Positions 52,201 through 64,000 of a DNA stretch of 64,000 bases are shown here, piece after piece (within the stretch, counting starts at the first letter, position 1; each line of letters opens with the position of its first letter). The notes beneath the pieces were generated by a model. The model saw nothing but the letters and a program-made list of their open reading frames with translations. It ran no database searches and was not told the origin of the DNA. Origin of the DNA: Fimbriosthenelais zetlandica. Its lineage: Eukaryota. The DNA is taken from NCBI GenBank assembly GCA_977030845.1, contig OZ365113.1, positions 34,596,001-34,660,000 of the forward strand, read 5' to 3'. The position numbers and the translations under genes were made by a program.

Positions 52201-55200
52201 TATTTACTTATTTGCACCATATCCAACCATGGAGTATGATTTTCCTGAACCTGTTTGTCCATAGGCGAAGAGGGAACAATTGTATCCTGAAAGCAACCAA
52301 AGTATAATTATTATTATTATTCTGAAGTTTGATTTACCAGTTGAATTACACTAAACAATAATGGATATAGCGCATTTTTTTTTATAAAGTTCATGTCTAA
52401 ATTGTCATTAAGAGATAGGTAAGGTTGGTACCTTGGAAAGCATTGTCCAGCACACCTTGGCCCAGATCTTCAAACACTCGGCGTTGACTGGCATAATTAC
52501 TGCCACCGTCGGGTACTGATATACCATCACCGTCCACTGTAAAGCCATCATGGGACCTGTAAATTCAAAGGTGAAATATGTCATTCAACAAATACAGCTG
52601 CTATAACCTGTATCTCATGCCATGGCCGCCATGTTTAGGAACTCGCAGCAGGAAGTGACGTTTTCTGTGCTGCTGTTCAACTCTGACCAATCAGAGGTGA
52701 CTGAGCTCTGCTGTGTACAAATGTGGCCTTCAGTGTTAAAGATCAGTTCTATCCCATTCATTCTGATTGAACTAGAGTTGCTTTAATTGATATTTAAGCT
52801 TACTTACCAGTAAGAGTAATCAAAGGCAAACTGAAAGGGAAAAAAGAAAATTTTAAGTCTCAATATCAAATTATTGATTGCAGGGAAGAATGTGAATTAT
52901 TCTTCAAGTACAGCATTAAATTCCTGCCTTGCAATTATATTGATATATCTTTTTCTTCACTTTCTAGGTAATTGCATTGTCCCTTTTGTGTTACTATAAG
53001 ACATTGCTGTCAGCTTATATCATTCTATCGACAATATAATGTTGCTTAAGAACAAAATAGGAGATATATAAGCAGTTCTGCTAAGGTGAATGAGTGTATT
53101 GCAATTCACATAATTAATATACCAGATACAATCAGGCTATACAAGTCGTGATTGACTGGAATAATGCATTGAATTTGGTGATAAAGAGGTGTACCGAAAC
53201 TAGTACATGTTCAAAGAATGAGCGTCTGTGTAATGTAAATAGATTAAATCACTTCAGAAACAATGTGGAACAAAAGAAATGTTGGATATGCTTCCTGATA
53301 CAATTTATAGAGCATTTATATATGAGGCAAAAAGATTTGCCTCATATGAGTAATATGCAAGCAGTAGGCCTAATCTACGGTTAAATTCCTAAATGGTGTC
53401 CAAATTTTAGTTTTATTAGAAATCACTGCATAATAGACTTATACAAATAGTCCTATAGATTTCCAATATAGACCTAAAATTAGGACGTGGCTATTTGTTG
53501 TTGAAATAATACCTTACCTTGAAGTGAATAATTATAAATAAATAATATTTTAATGTTTTACATCATCATGTAACAAAATATAAATTAATAGGTCCTAAAA
53601 TAAGGGGTAGATTTCATTGCGGAATAATAATAGATGTCACATTAACCATAATGGGGCAAAAATACTGTTTATGATAGAGGGCAACTACTAAGATGGTTTT
53701 TGATGAAATGGCAAAAATGATGTGCGCTTATAAATAAGACCCATGCAAGAAAGATTGTACAAATTAAATTTGAGCACCATACAGACCGACTTTCGCTTCT
53801 TTGCAATATTTGAAAAAGTAACAGGGTTAGAATATATCGACATTTTCAGTATTCATTAGGATAAAATCAAGCAAATATAGTAATTTGGTCATGTTTTGTT
53901 AGAGATAGGCCTATGGTTATTTATTTTATACATATGACCTTCTGATATTTTCATGAAAGATGTCAAACAGGATCTAACTTAAACCTAACTTAAGTTATAG
54001 ACACCAGATATTATAATAACTTACCTTCTTTGGTTCTTCCTCTAGAAAATTGTAAAAAGAATAAAATATTAGAGTAGTTCATATGGTTTATAGAAGTGAT
54101 AGGAAACAAGTTTGTTTTCCATTTCTTTTTCTTTTTCCTTCCCTCCTTTTACTTTCCCATATCTATTACCTTTTTATTGAATTTTTAAGGGTGGTTGTAA
54201 TCCCCCAAACACATTGGATCTAGCCAATATTGGCTGACACCGAACTTTTATTGCCCATAATATTGTTATAGTTATAGGAGGCCTGGTTGTCATCTCTGCA
54301 TGTCGGACTTACTGCATATAATAATATAACCGTATCTAATGACTACATAAGTTTACTCTGACTTCCTGTAACTGCATTATTTAGGAAAGTAGAATGGTAA
54401 CAAAGACATGATGGGTCTATAAGGGAATTAGCTATTGTAGTGGGAACTATACAGTCAGCTTCTAGTAATACATGATTGAACAAATGGATTCCCATTCAGT
54501 CAATGCCACGTCAAAGTGGCGAGACATGCATTATTTCGTTTGTATATTTACACAGTTTATAGTTCCTCCTGGAGAGATCGATACTACACACATTCTGCTT
54601 TGTACGGGACGCACCTCCCATTCCCCATTGTCAATGATCATATCTGGTTCTACATTGAATAGAACCTTCTTTCTAATAATTTTAGTGAGTGTACACAGAA
54701 CCTCAATCGCAATCTCATCATCCATTTTCTAAAAAGGGAAGTTTGCATTAGATTTGTCCCTTGGAATCAGTACTTTTAATCTTTGAAAAACAAGATTTAG
54801 TTTGGTTGAATGACACCCATTCCAAGAAGGAGCACAATCGCTCTCCGATTTTGCTCTACCTATTATCCTAACTTTTGTTTCAGAAGGGAACTTTGCGCAA
54901 AAAAAGCCAACATTTTTTTCTTAAAACACATACTCTTATTTTCATTATTGAGCGATTTAAAAAAAGGTCCTTATGTCCAATACTAAAACAACCACTTTCC
55001 ACTAGATCAAATGAGAACGAGCCAATTATAGGTTACAATTTTGCTTCTGAGTGCCCCCCTTCCCCCACAGGAGAACCCATGGGAAAATGCAGCTGCAGAA
55101 GAGTGGGTGTTCCTGACGAGGATGGTAAATTGAGTGAAGATTTAAGAATCGAATGATATCGTGATACCTGCTGTGAAAGTGATGGATAGCAATAAAAAGG

Positions 55201-57024
55201 ACAGATAGCAGAATAGATTTACATTTAGGGATCAATCTAATGAGGTTTTGCTGATGTCTGCTCAGAATTATATAAATCTAATAGGCCTACACCAAAGAAA
55301 TTAGGCCTACCCAAAAAAAATCTAAATAAAATTTGGTATTTTGCTATACAAAAGTAATGTTGCATATGTAAGCTTTCACAGGTTGATTTTACTTAGTTAA
55401 ATCGTTAAGAGCTGAAAAAAACTAATCTTGTTGACCTCATGTAATACTTATGTAAAGTCCATGCATGTAACATTGAGGAATTTTAATGCGATATTGAGTG
55501 GGCGCTTTATTGTGGATACGCCCTTATGGAAAATATTTTTCTGGGTGATCGGATATTGAGTAACGTCACTCGGTCGGCCAGCATTAACTTTGAAGCTGAA
55601 AGCTTACTGTAAAATCCTTCTAGAAGCTATTATAACTATTACTATTCAAAATAATATAGCAGCTTTCTTCTTGGCAATCATTTATTATAAAGCAAACAAG
55701 ATTAATCCCTAATGAAAATCCAGTCGTCAGTGCGAGGGTTTATCCAAAGCCAAATCTTTACATTAAATCCAACATAAATCTATAGTCATTAACGGCTTTA
55801 GCGTGTGGAGGAACTAGGCACATTGATTGCGGATTTTATGGATATTGGACTATTTCCTCGTGATTATATTCAATTTCTCTTCTCCACTGGAATTTTTGCA
55901 AAGATCAGCCCCCGAATATGACTTATTACCCATATAATTTGGATCCGTGAATATGTCTATCCATTATGCCATTACATGGCCTAGTATTTAAAAAATCTGG
56001 GCTAAAACTTTGCACCAACACTCGTGTTTTGGCAATCTGTTTGCCCAAGGGGTTGCATCTCTCATTTCGTTTTATCTTAGTCATCCGGATCATTTAGAAG
56101 AATTACAAAACTTACTTGAGTCTGGATGGGCGATTGAAGTGGTCTTTCCATTCATTTTAATTACAAGACGCGCTTTTCTGTCCAGTTCCCTAAATGAAAA
56201 AGTGAAAATAACCAATGAGTTTATCATTGCCATTGAAATTAAAAATTTAAATAATTAAAATACATTTTTGAAGAGATAATGCCATTTTCGAGATTGCTTG
56301 TCAACTTAGTTATTATCATCAAATGTATGTATTATCCAATAAAAATCTGGTCAAAGTTTAATTTAGAAAACATAAGGTCAATACATTACCTTTGATTAAA
56401 GGGACGGACGCGCACAGCGACCTTAACTCTGCAAGATAAAGAAGGTGAGCATTAGTTCCAATTCTAGATAAAAGGACAGGAAACTTACTACAATAGTTCT
56501 CTTAATATGAGCAACTTGGTTTCAAATAACTTTTTCTTTTATAATATTATAAATTGTTGAATATCTTTTCACTAGATTAATTGTATGATTAGCGTATGTG
56601 TGTATTAGATAAGGAATCAGAAGTGCTGCATGGATTAAGACTAATGATAACCTAAAGCTATTTATTACTATCATGTATGCCAAAATATGCCACCAAAATA
56701 ATAATAAAAAGAGAAATACATTAGTGATCCAAGTCGGATAACAATTTTAAAATTGAAGCCTATTATTGAAATGTTGTTTTGGATAGTAGCCAAGGCATAA
56801 CAGAACATAACATAACATCGATGTCATCTGTTATTCAACCAGACACATGTTAGATGATGAATAAATTACTTCATATGAATAAGAAATTACTCATCACTAC
56901 CAAATATGAAGGCAACAAAGCCTGTATCCTAACTGTTACAAATCCTATATCAGTTACACAGCTGTCCTAATATTAATACTGGTAGGAAGAAAATAAAATG
57001 TACTTACGATTCTCCTTCAGGCAT
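40294..57024 (-). CDS. KIF28: Kinesin-3 family motor, KIF28-like (motor, FHA and KIF1-type tail); 27 exons, 1057 aa
   Basis: Exons in transcription order: 57024-57008, 56428-56390, 56189-56116, 54041-54025, 52830-52808, 52556-52432, 52286-52208, 51982-51916, 50937-50751, 50558-50311, 50115-50021, 49813-49663, 49425-49353, 48472-48384, 48102-47906, 47670-47528, 47258-47115, 46893-46737, 46629-46542, 45807-45691, 45539-45363, 45189-44923, 44716-44555, 44381-44253, 43050-43000, 41824-41663, 40389-40294 (3174 nt, phases consistent). Motifs: [61 protein letters not shown], an FHA region and DPFWEP. Kinesin-3 is certain; the KIF28 subfamily call is from recognition only. Confidence 0.9.
43488..43661. 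mobile_element. Small MITE-like element with 17-bp inverted termini
   Basis: tgaggcttgttgagacc (43488-43504) versus ggtctcaacaaacctca (43645-43661): 16/17 match as an inverted repeat around a 140-bp AT-rich spacer. No target-site duplication was established. Confidence 0.45.
45845..46400. repeat. Degenerate tandem duplication (three partial copies) in a kinesin intron
   Basis: tccaat..cccc..acagga...ctggggttac recurs near 45850, 46040 and 46343; atatcca.tagatattca...cttgcaattcttgcaaa recurs near 45983 and 46290. Confidence 0.65.
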
Positions 57025-59997
57025 CTTAACTGAGGGTGGAACACAAAACTGTCTTCCTCGATCCTAGCCCCCAATATCCAATTAATAATAAATATTTCCA
57101 GCTCGTACTTCCTTAGCAAACTTATTCCTCATGCACATACTTTGTGCCACAAAGTTTAGTTCAATATATAGGCCTATAATTATAGGCCTACGATGTGTTA
57201 TTAGTTAGTGCCAATATTTCTATTGGAAGTTTGTGTGTATAACTGAGTGCTTGAATAGTGGAGCACTATTGTAGTGCATGTTAACCGGGCACGGTGATCA
57301 CACAGGTATAAGCAGGGCTAATTCTCTACTGGGAGTAGGCCTAATATGCACATAACCGGACCCTATAGGCCGACTCTAGTGGCGGCACCGAGGCGAACTC
57401 CCTAGCAACCGCCGTAAACAGTCATACTGCAGGGACGGATACAGTTTGGGTTGGGGGGGGGGGGGGGGGAGGGGCCGGGATTGGAGGGGGCGGGGTGGGA
57501 TTGAAGAGGGAGGGAGGGAAGGTGTGGATGTATTGGATTACGTAATGGTGAAGGTTGGGGAGTGGAGGCGGGGCGGGTGGGGTAATGTGTGTTGATTGGA
57601 TGGGAGGGGGTTAATAAATGGTTAAAGTTGCGACGGACAAATCCCCTCCCTCACCGCCCGCATTTTTATTTTTATTTTTTGTTTTTCAATATTAAAAAAA
57701 TCAAGGGGGTGTAGCCGCACCGCGCCCCCCCCCCCCCCCCAACCGCCAACTGATATGCCACTGGTCAAAGAGTTATTGCCATTCTGTGCCAAACACCATC
57801 ACATAGTCTGAGTCACCTTATGACACAATATTCACTAACCGACACTAAGCTTATGACAGTTGACACGTTTCATTTCATTTTAGCCTAAATGTGTGAAATA
57901 TTCCTAACGACATTATGTCCCAAATTGTAACAAACACCCATTATATTATTATACTTAAATTTGGCCTAGAAGTTTTCTGGTTTAGGTTATCGACAGGTTT
58001 CGGACACTTTTCCTTTTACTATTTGAAATATAAATATGAATACAGCCTAACAAATGTAGAAACTTTTCTCGATGGCCACAATCAGTATAAAGGATAGGCA
58101 ATAACAGAATATTCCTCCCCTAAATTTATATTGAAAGAAAGTAATTTACAAGTTTTTTGTTTATGGACTATCAGACTATTTAACCGTCAATTGATGTTGT
58201 ATAACCTAGGTACATACATTTGCTATGACTTTTGAAAATGTCAAAAGCCACTTTTTAAATGTTGGTCAATTCTCGTATTATACTGTAAAAATTATTCCTA
58301 AACCGAATGAGAGAAGTCTTGCCGAATGTTACACAAAGGCCTATGTTTCACAAGCTGATTTTCGCGAGCAGAGATATGAAACGTTGACAGACAATTACGG
58401 TACAGTAACATTCTATTCATTTTATTTATTTCAACATAGGCCTATATCATCAGCAACCATATTGATACAACAAATAAACATTAAATTAAACATATTTAAG
58501 AACATATACACAGAAATCCATACCGTACACTAATCTTTTGTTCAAAATCACGGAAAATGACTGGAACTAAGACCTTAATTATTAAATACCCTTTGAAACC
58601 ATTATTAATAAGAGTAAGGAATTAATGGATTAAATACCTTTAGTCTAGAACTTTCTGAATAAAGAAAATTACGATATTCGAATTAAGGGTATCCACAAAG
58701 TTCATACCTCTACAATAACTTCTGTTCTAAGTATTTTTTTCCTTTTTATCTTAAATTCTTAAATAACCATCTTAACTAAGATATATATGGCACCTCAGTA
58801 AATATTAAGATCTACAATGATCTCGTTATATATATTCGCATCATAAAACAGTTTAGTGGAGCATATAGAAATTCTTATATTGAGATAGAGATTCATAATT
58901 TTTATGGAATAAAGATAACAATTGGAAGGAAAATATCTCCTTGAAACCGGTAAGATCATGGCAACTTAAGTTCGCTGAAATGTTCTTTAACAATTTCTAA
59001 TAAATAACTTAGCAAAACTTAAGCAAAAGGCTATGAAATATATACAAAAACACACGTTTGTAACAATCCAAAAAATAATGCTTTTACGAAGATATAAACT
59101 CGAAATAATATAATGACTACGGTACATAGATAATCAACTCTCACTTTTGAATAAAATTAAAAACGAAACAAAATATGACAACGACCCTTGAGGTAACAGT
59201 TTTAAAAGGCAGTTAGAACTAAATCTACTTCTAAATATACTACTAAAACTTCACAGATATAAGGCACTCGTTTCATGAAATTTCCACGAGTTGCCAAACA
59301 CAAAGCGATCTATTATATTTCTAGCAAACTCTAGTGTTGAGGTAAGAATTTGCAACAGCAAAATAACTGTCATATACCAACCAAAACATGGCACATACAG
59401 TATATTTATGTTATGTGTAGACTAGTTATACAATACCAAGACACGGTACTAAAATGTCCCAATAAATAAGAACGTAACATATTCAAAATTACACTTCTTT
59501 ACAATGTATCTCTCACAGAAATACTGTACAAGTACAGTCTAAAACCATATGAAATCTTAGATCTATATAACTGAATAGGTCTGTAGATTAACATATATGT
59601 TTGATCCATTATTTATATTTCTAGTTATTTTGAAATTTAAGCATGGACAACGGCTTGGATACACTGCAAGATATGAATGCATGACCGGTACTAATACACA
59701 TCACATCAGCATTGAATCAAAGCTTCAAACCTAGTTTGGAAATTCCAGCTTCCATCTGACAATACACAATAATTAGCCTTTTGTATAATATTGTATCGGC
59801 TTATTGTGATTAAAATAAATATTTCTACATTCATCACTGACTAATTTAATACTCCTGGTATTTGCAGCATAAGTCCGTAAACTTTGTGACTATCAGATTA
59901 AACGTAGCTTTCACAATAATACAATGTCAAACAATGGTGCACTCGGTAGCATGATAACTATCAGTCTGTCTGGTATCTTTGGTAAAGATGAGTTGGT

Positions 59998-62900
59998 TTA
60001 GTTGACCACTGACTCTTGAGTACTTGAGATGGAGTTGGCCTGCGACATGACGAGAGGTGTCAACGTCTCCTCTAAGTCATCCTCCGCCTGAAAGATAGTC
60101 AACAACTCACACGTCATACAAGATGAAACAAAGAACAAATGATGGCAATCAACATTAACACGCCATAAATAAACCATAGTTAATTGAAAATTTAGAATCT
60201 AAAAATTTAAAATCTACCAATGTCATGAATTGAAGAAGAATGAGATAGTGGTCTCAGCTATATTTATATTAATAGTAATTAACATGAAACATGCTCCGAG
60301 ATATTTCCAAAGTGAAGAGAACTGTGTTATAAATCTAGAGTACTGATAAGTATCCAAGATGACCTAGTTGACTAAGCTTAGATCATTCCTATAAACTAGA
60401 ACTAGATTATAACCATCCCTCAACCAATCTCCCTGAACATGCAATCAGTTTAACAATGACAATCAAGACAGGAGAGACGAAGGCCGATTGGTTCCTATTA
60501 ACAAAGCAAGTTCATGTCTACCAGGTATTTAAGCAAGGCGTTTGGCAAATAATTTCAAGCTCGCCCTGAACATGCCCTAAAGGATATTCCCAAACACTGT
60601 GACTATGAAGTCAAGCACTTAAAATAAGGTACTTATGACTATTGCAAGTTGAATGCAAGTACATGTATGGTTCTTTTATGGGGCAGACTTATGACTATGA
60701 CATTTCAAACATCCTGAAGTTAAATCCTCCAGCATTTTTCCAAAGAATTTCACTTTTTCATTTGCAGGATTCTTCTACTATAATTTAGGAGTGAAAATCA
60801 TTTCCCAGCCATGGCTCAACAGACAGTAATTTCAATTTTTTTTAACATTGAAAATGGTGTTAGTTGACAATATAAGTGTAACATTGGGATACTAAAATAG
60901 AGATATTAGTAATAAGTGACTTTTTGTTAACAGCTAAACCCTCCACAAGTCTATAAAGTCCAACTAAAATGTCTTAACACTAAACATTAAAGCAGCTTTA
61001 TCACCGACCATTTCTATGTAGAGAGGGTTTGCCCCACTACTCTTGTTTTGGGCATCAACAAGATTAACTTTGGAAGACCCAATTCGACTTCACAGATCTT
61101 GCCAGCCAATGCCCAACGTATTATGTGGGTCAAAGATCATGAGTCTAGGTTGAACTGGCCTAGATCGTCCCTGATTGGGAAATGGGAAGTTTAAAATTCA
61201 TCGATGATCGGTGATAGTGCCACTTAAGGTTTGAAGTGCCAGTTTAGGCTACAGCAGCAGGTAGGCAAGCTGTATTGAATGTAATAAACCTGTGGTTACC
61301 TTTAAAGGCCTCTCAGCTATAAGACATTGCCCATATACGTCCTGGCTTCAAATATTGTGTCAATACCTTACTTCAAATGTATGTCAGAAATGCATCCATT
61401 TGAAAAACTCTCACACCAAACCAACCAGTGCCAACAAAATATTACATCTTAGCATGTACCAATGCGAATAAAGGAAGCTTTGAGGACAATGGTAAAAAGG
61501 ACCAAGTCTCAATCCAAGAGAATAGATCTTGATCAAATATAATTTTTACAACACAAGCTGGTGTTGACCTCTTTTGACAAAAGAAACTAGAAAAGATTCT
61601 ACAGTGTTACTCTGTACAATTAACACTAAAAACATTATTAGGCTAGTAGATACACACAGAAATACTGAGAAATTCAGCGACAAAAACCAATTAGTTACAA
61701 TTAGACAACGCAATTCAAAATTACAGGATTTATTTTCTGCAAACTATTCCACAAAATATACAACTACTCGCTACTTTACATCACTCTCGGGAATCCATAT
61801 AGAAGTAAACACAGCTCTTGATAGCAAAATAAATTAGAGTGCGTAGCCTAGGACACGGTTTTGCCATATTAAACTCAAAATTTGGCTAAAAGTAAACTGC
61901 TAAAAGTAAATTTTATATATTAAAATCTTCACACAAACACGTCTATAAAGATGAGAGTAAAATCTTGTCAAAAACTACGGTATACATAAAAGCAAGTTAA
62001 CAAAAATACGTACACACAAATATACAAAAATGAATGTTAAATCATCTGTGAGCTATCTCGAAACGAAATACTACCATTCCTACCATTTCTTCAAATATCT
62101 ATGTAAAATGAACATACTAGTAACTTTTCTCTTTAATCAAAAATCAGCTCAGAACCCTCTAGTACTAAAAAGCCACGTATATAAATGTATGACAGTCCTC
62201 CTATAAATTTAAGCCAAAAAGAATTACCAATAAAAGGCAAGTAAGGAATGTCCCACTGCGAAGTGGCAGAAATATAAAGACATAAATGACCATCTTCATG
62301 CTGAAGTGTTTTGGGTAAAAATCCGTATTGTACAAACTCCTACATAGTGCCTTATAAGATAGGGGTAACATGCTTCTGTTCTTGGATAGCACCAAATAAA
62401 CACACCATAAAAGAAATAAGGTAAATCATTGGACATTTCAAGAATTAATACACAAGAAGAAAACCTCAGAAAAAAGACACCAAGCAATAGTAATGGTCAC
62501 CAACATGTGAACAGTCATGCAGAGGATGTACAGCACAGCTAGAACCAGCACAGGGTTTGTGTAGAAGGTGCACTTTACTACACCGGGAATGAGGGTACAT
62601 TCATGAGAGGGTACAAACACCAAGTAGGTACTAACAATAATGGTACCAGTCAATCTGGTACTAACAGTGAAGGGCAGTATTAGCACAGTCATAGTCTGTG
62701 AGGGCAGGGTGAGTGCACACCATCGGGTGAGTGCCGGGACAGTGGGACAGACCAATGCCCAGTGTGACTGGGACAGTATCAGGACAATGCCCAGTGTCAG
62801 GACAATGCCCAGTATCAGGACAATGCCCAGTATCAGGACAATGCGCAGCGTCAGGACAATGCCCAGTATCAGGACAATGCCCAGTGTCAGGACAATGCCC

Positions 62901-63947
62901 AGTATCAGGACAATGTCCAGTGTCAGGACAATGCCCAGTATCAGGACAATGCCCCTTGTAAGTGCCCAGTGCCTTGTAAGTGCCCAGTGCCGGGTCAGTG
63001 CCCAGTGCCGGGTCAGAGCCCAGTGCCGGGTCAGTGCCCAGTGCCGGGTCAGTGATTAAGCAGTGTGATCGTCGCTCGCCCCTTCTCCACACGCGCCCCT
63101 CTGTTTCTCAGCTGACCCCCGGCTTACTGTAGGGTTGTTTTTTTTGGGCGTGTTGTAGCCACTCTGATCGAGGTGCTCTAAGTTCCACATGTAGATACCT
63201 ACCTTGGATGGCCGCATGTTCCTTTCCTTACACCACCTGGCAAAGAGGATGTTGGCCTCGTGGACGCTATCCTCGTCTCCTTTCTTCAGGAAAACACGGA
63301 TGAGTTGCTCGTGGAAGTTTTCAGGCAACATGTGCGATACCTTGCCAGAGAAGAAAAATGTATCAATTGTAAGAATCAAACTTATGAAACAAATTTTTTA
63401 TAAGGTTATGAGTGGAGTCTCATGTAAAAATACTCCCGTCTAAGGCAAAAAATGGTGAAGAGTGATAGCAATAATAATGAATACTTACATCTTCTCTACG
63501 GATATTGATGGGTTTCCCCGGATCTGCCTTCATATAGAACCGAACGTGATCGATGGGGTTCTTCTCCTTCATACCAAAATCTAAACTAACGATCTACAAA
63601 AACAACAACAGCAGAAGCGTTTAACACCAGAAATGTAGTTTAAAACAGATTTTTCTTTTGGACAAAATACAATTATATTTTGCATTTTTCCACATATCTG
63701 TATAAGAGACAAACATAGAAAGGTTTATTTTTAAAGCGGCTCTATCACTGATTTTCAGTTCAGGTCTGCTCCACTGATTTTCGCAGCTAATACCTTACTT
63801 AGAGTCTGCATAAAGAGGCGAAATTTACATGTATGCCACAGCTGATCTGTTGTAAATTGTGAATTTCTGTTTTACCTGTATCACAATATCGTCTGGTGAG
63901 AGGTTGGAGTCGGCCACTATTTCCTCCGCTATTCGCCGCTTATCATC
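59998..63947 (-). CDS. SAMHD1: SAMHD1-like dNTP triphosphohydrolase, 3' portion (last 4 exons; 5' part beyond the window end)
   Basis: Exons 63947-63876, 63593-63489, 63340-63203 and 60087-59998, all phase 0. The translation LDFGMKEKNPIDHVRFYMK...VSHMLPENFHEQLIRVFLKK...FARWCKERN matches the known SAMHD1 C-terminal lobe (human DYGMQEKNPIDHVSFY...VSQLLPEKFAEQLIRVY...FVQWCADRN). HD catalytic residues are not in the window. Confidence 0.88.
62774..63054. repeat. 18-bp minisatellite in the last SAMHD1 intron
   Basis: About 10 copies of cagt(a/g)tcaggacaatgcc, then 2 of ccttgtaagtgcccagtg, then about 4 of ccgggtcagtgcccagtg. Confidence 0.95.
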
Positions 63948-64000
63948 CTGATGAAGAAATCACAGAAAACATTAGAAATAGTTGAGCTATCGACATTTGT

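Noticed and set aside
51983-52431. Kinesin apparently missing its P-loop (absent from the ORF track)
   Set aside because: A 79-nt exon at 52286-52208 encodes [20 protein letters not shown] with correct phases.
62640-63092. Three overlapping ORFs with TGHCPD, MPSIRT or SGQCPV repeats
   Set aside because: By-products of an 18-bp intronic minisatellite that lacks stops; no exon context.

Overview
Eukaryotic, intron-rich (GT-AG) animal-type DNA, probably a marine invertebrate; the taxon cannot be fixed from sequence alone. I reconstructed four spliced genes by hand. (1) + strand, 22100-30682: 12 exons, 999 aa, fusing a short N-terminal module, a dynamin-superfamily (mitofusin/bacterial-DLP-like) GTPase, a hydrophobic segment and a protein kinase. 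(2) + strand, 32847-36678: 9-exon PDX1/SNZ vitamin B6 synthase subunit, 314 aa. (3) - strand, 57024-40294: 27-exon kinesin-3 (KIF28-like), 1057 aa, ending in a CaaX motif. (4) - strand: last four exons of a SAMHD1-like dNTPase (59998-63947; the gene continues beyond the window). A divergently oriented exon at 19884-20150 encodes a homologue of the first-exon module of gene 1, giving a head-to-head pair separated by a decayed LINE fragment. I found no recognisable gene in 1-19800, which holds decayed ORF-like fragments and simple repeats. Introns and intergenic DNA carry minisatellites, a ~355-bp tandem repeat, a small MITE-like element and tRNA-derived SINE-like heads. No CRISPR array or rRNA was seen.
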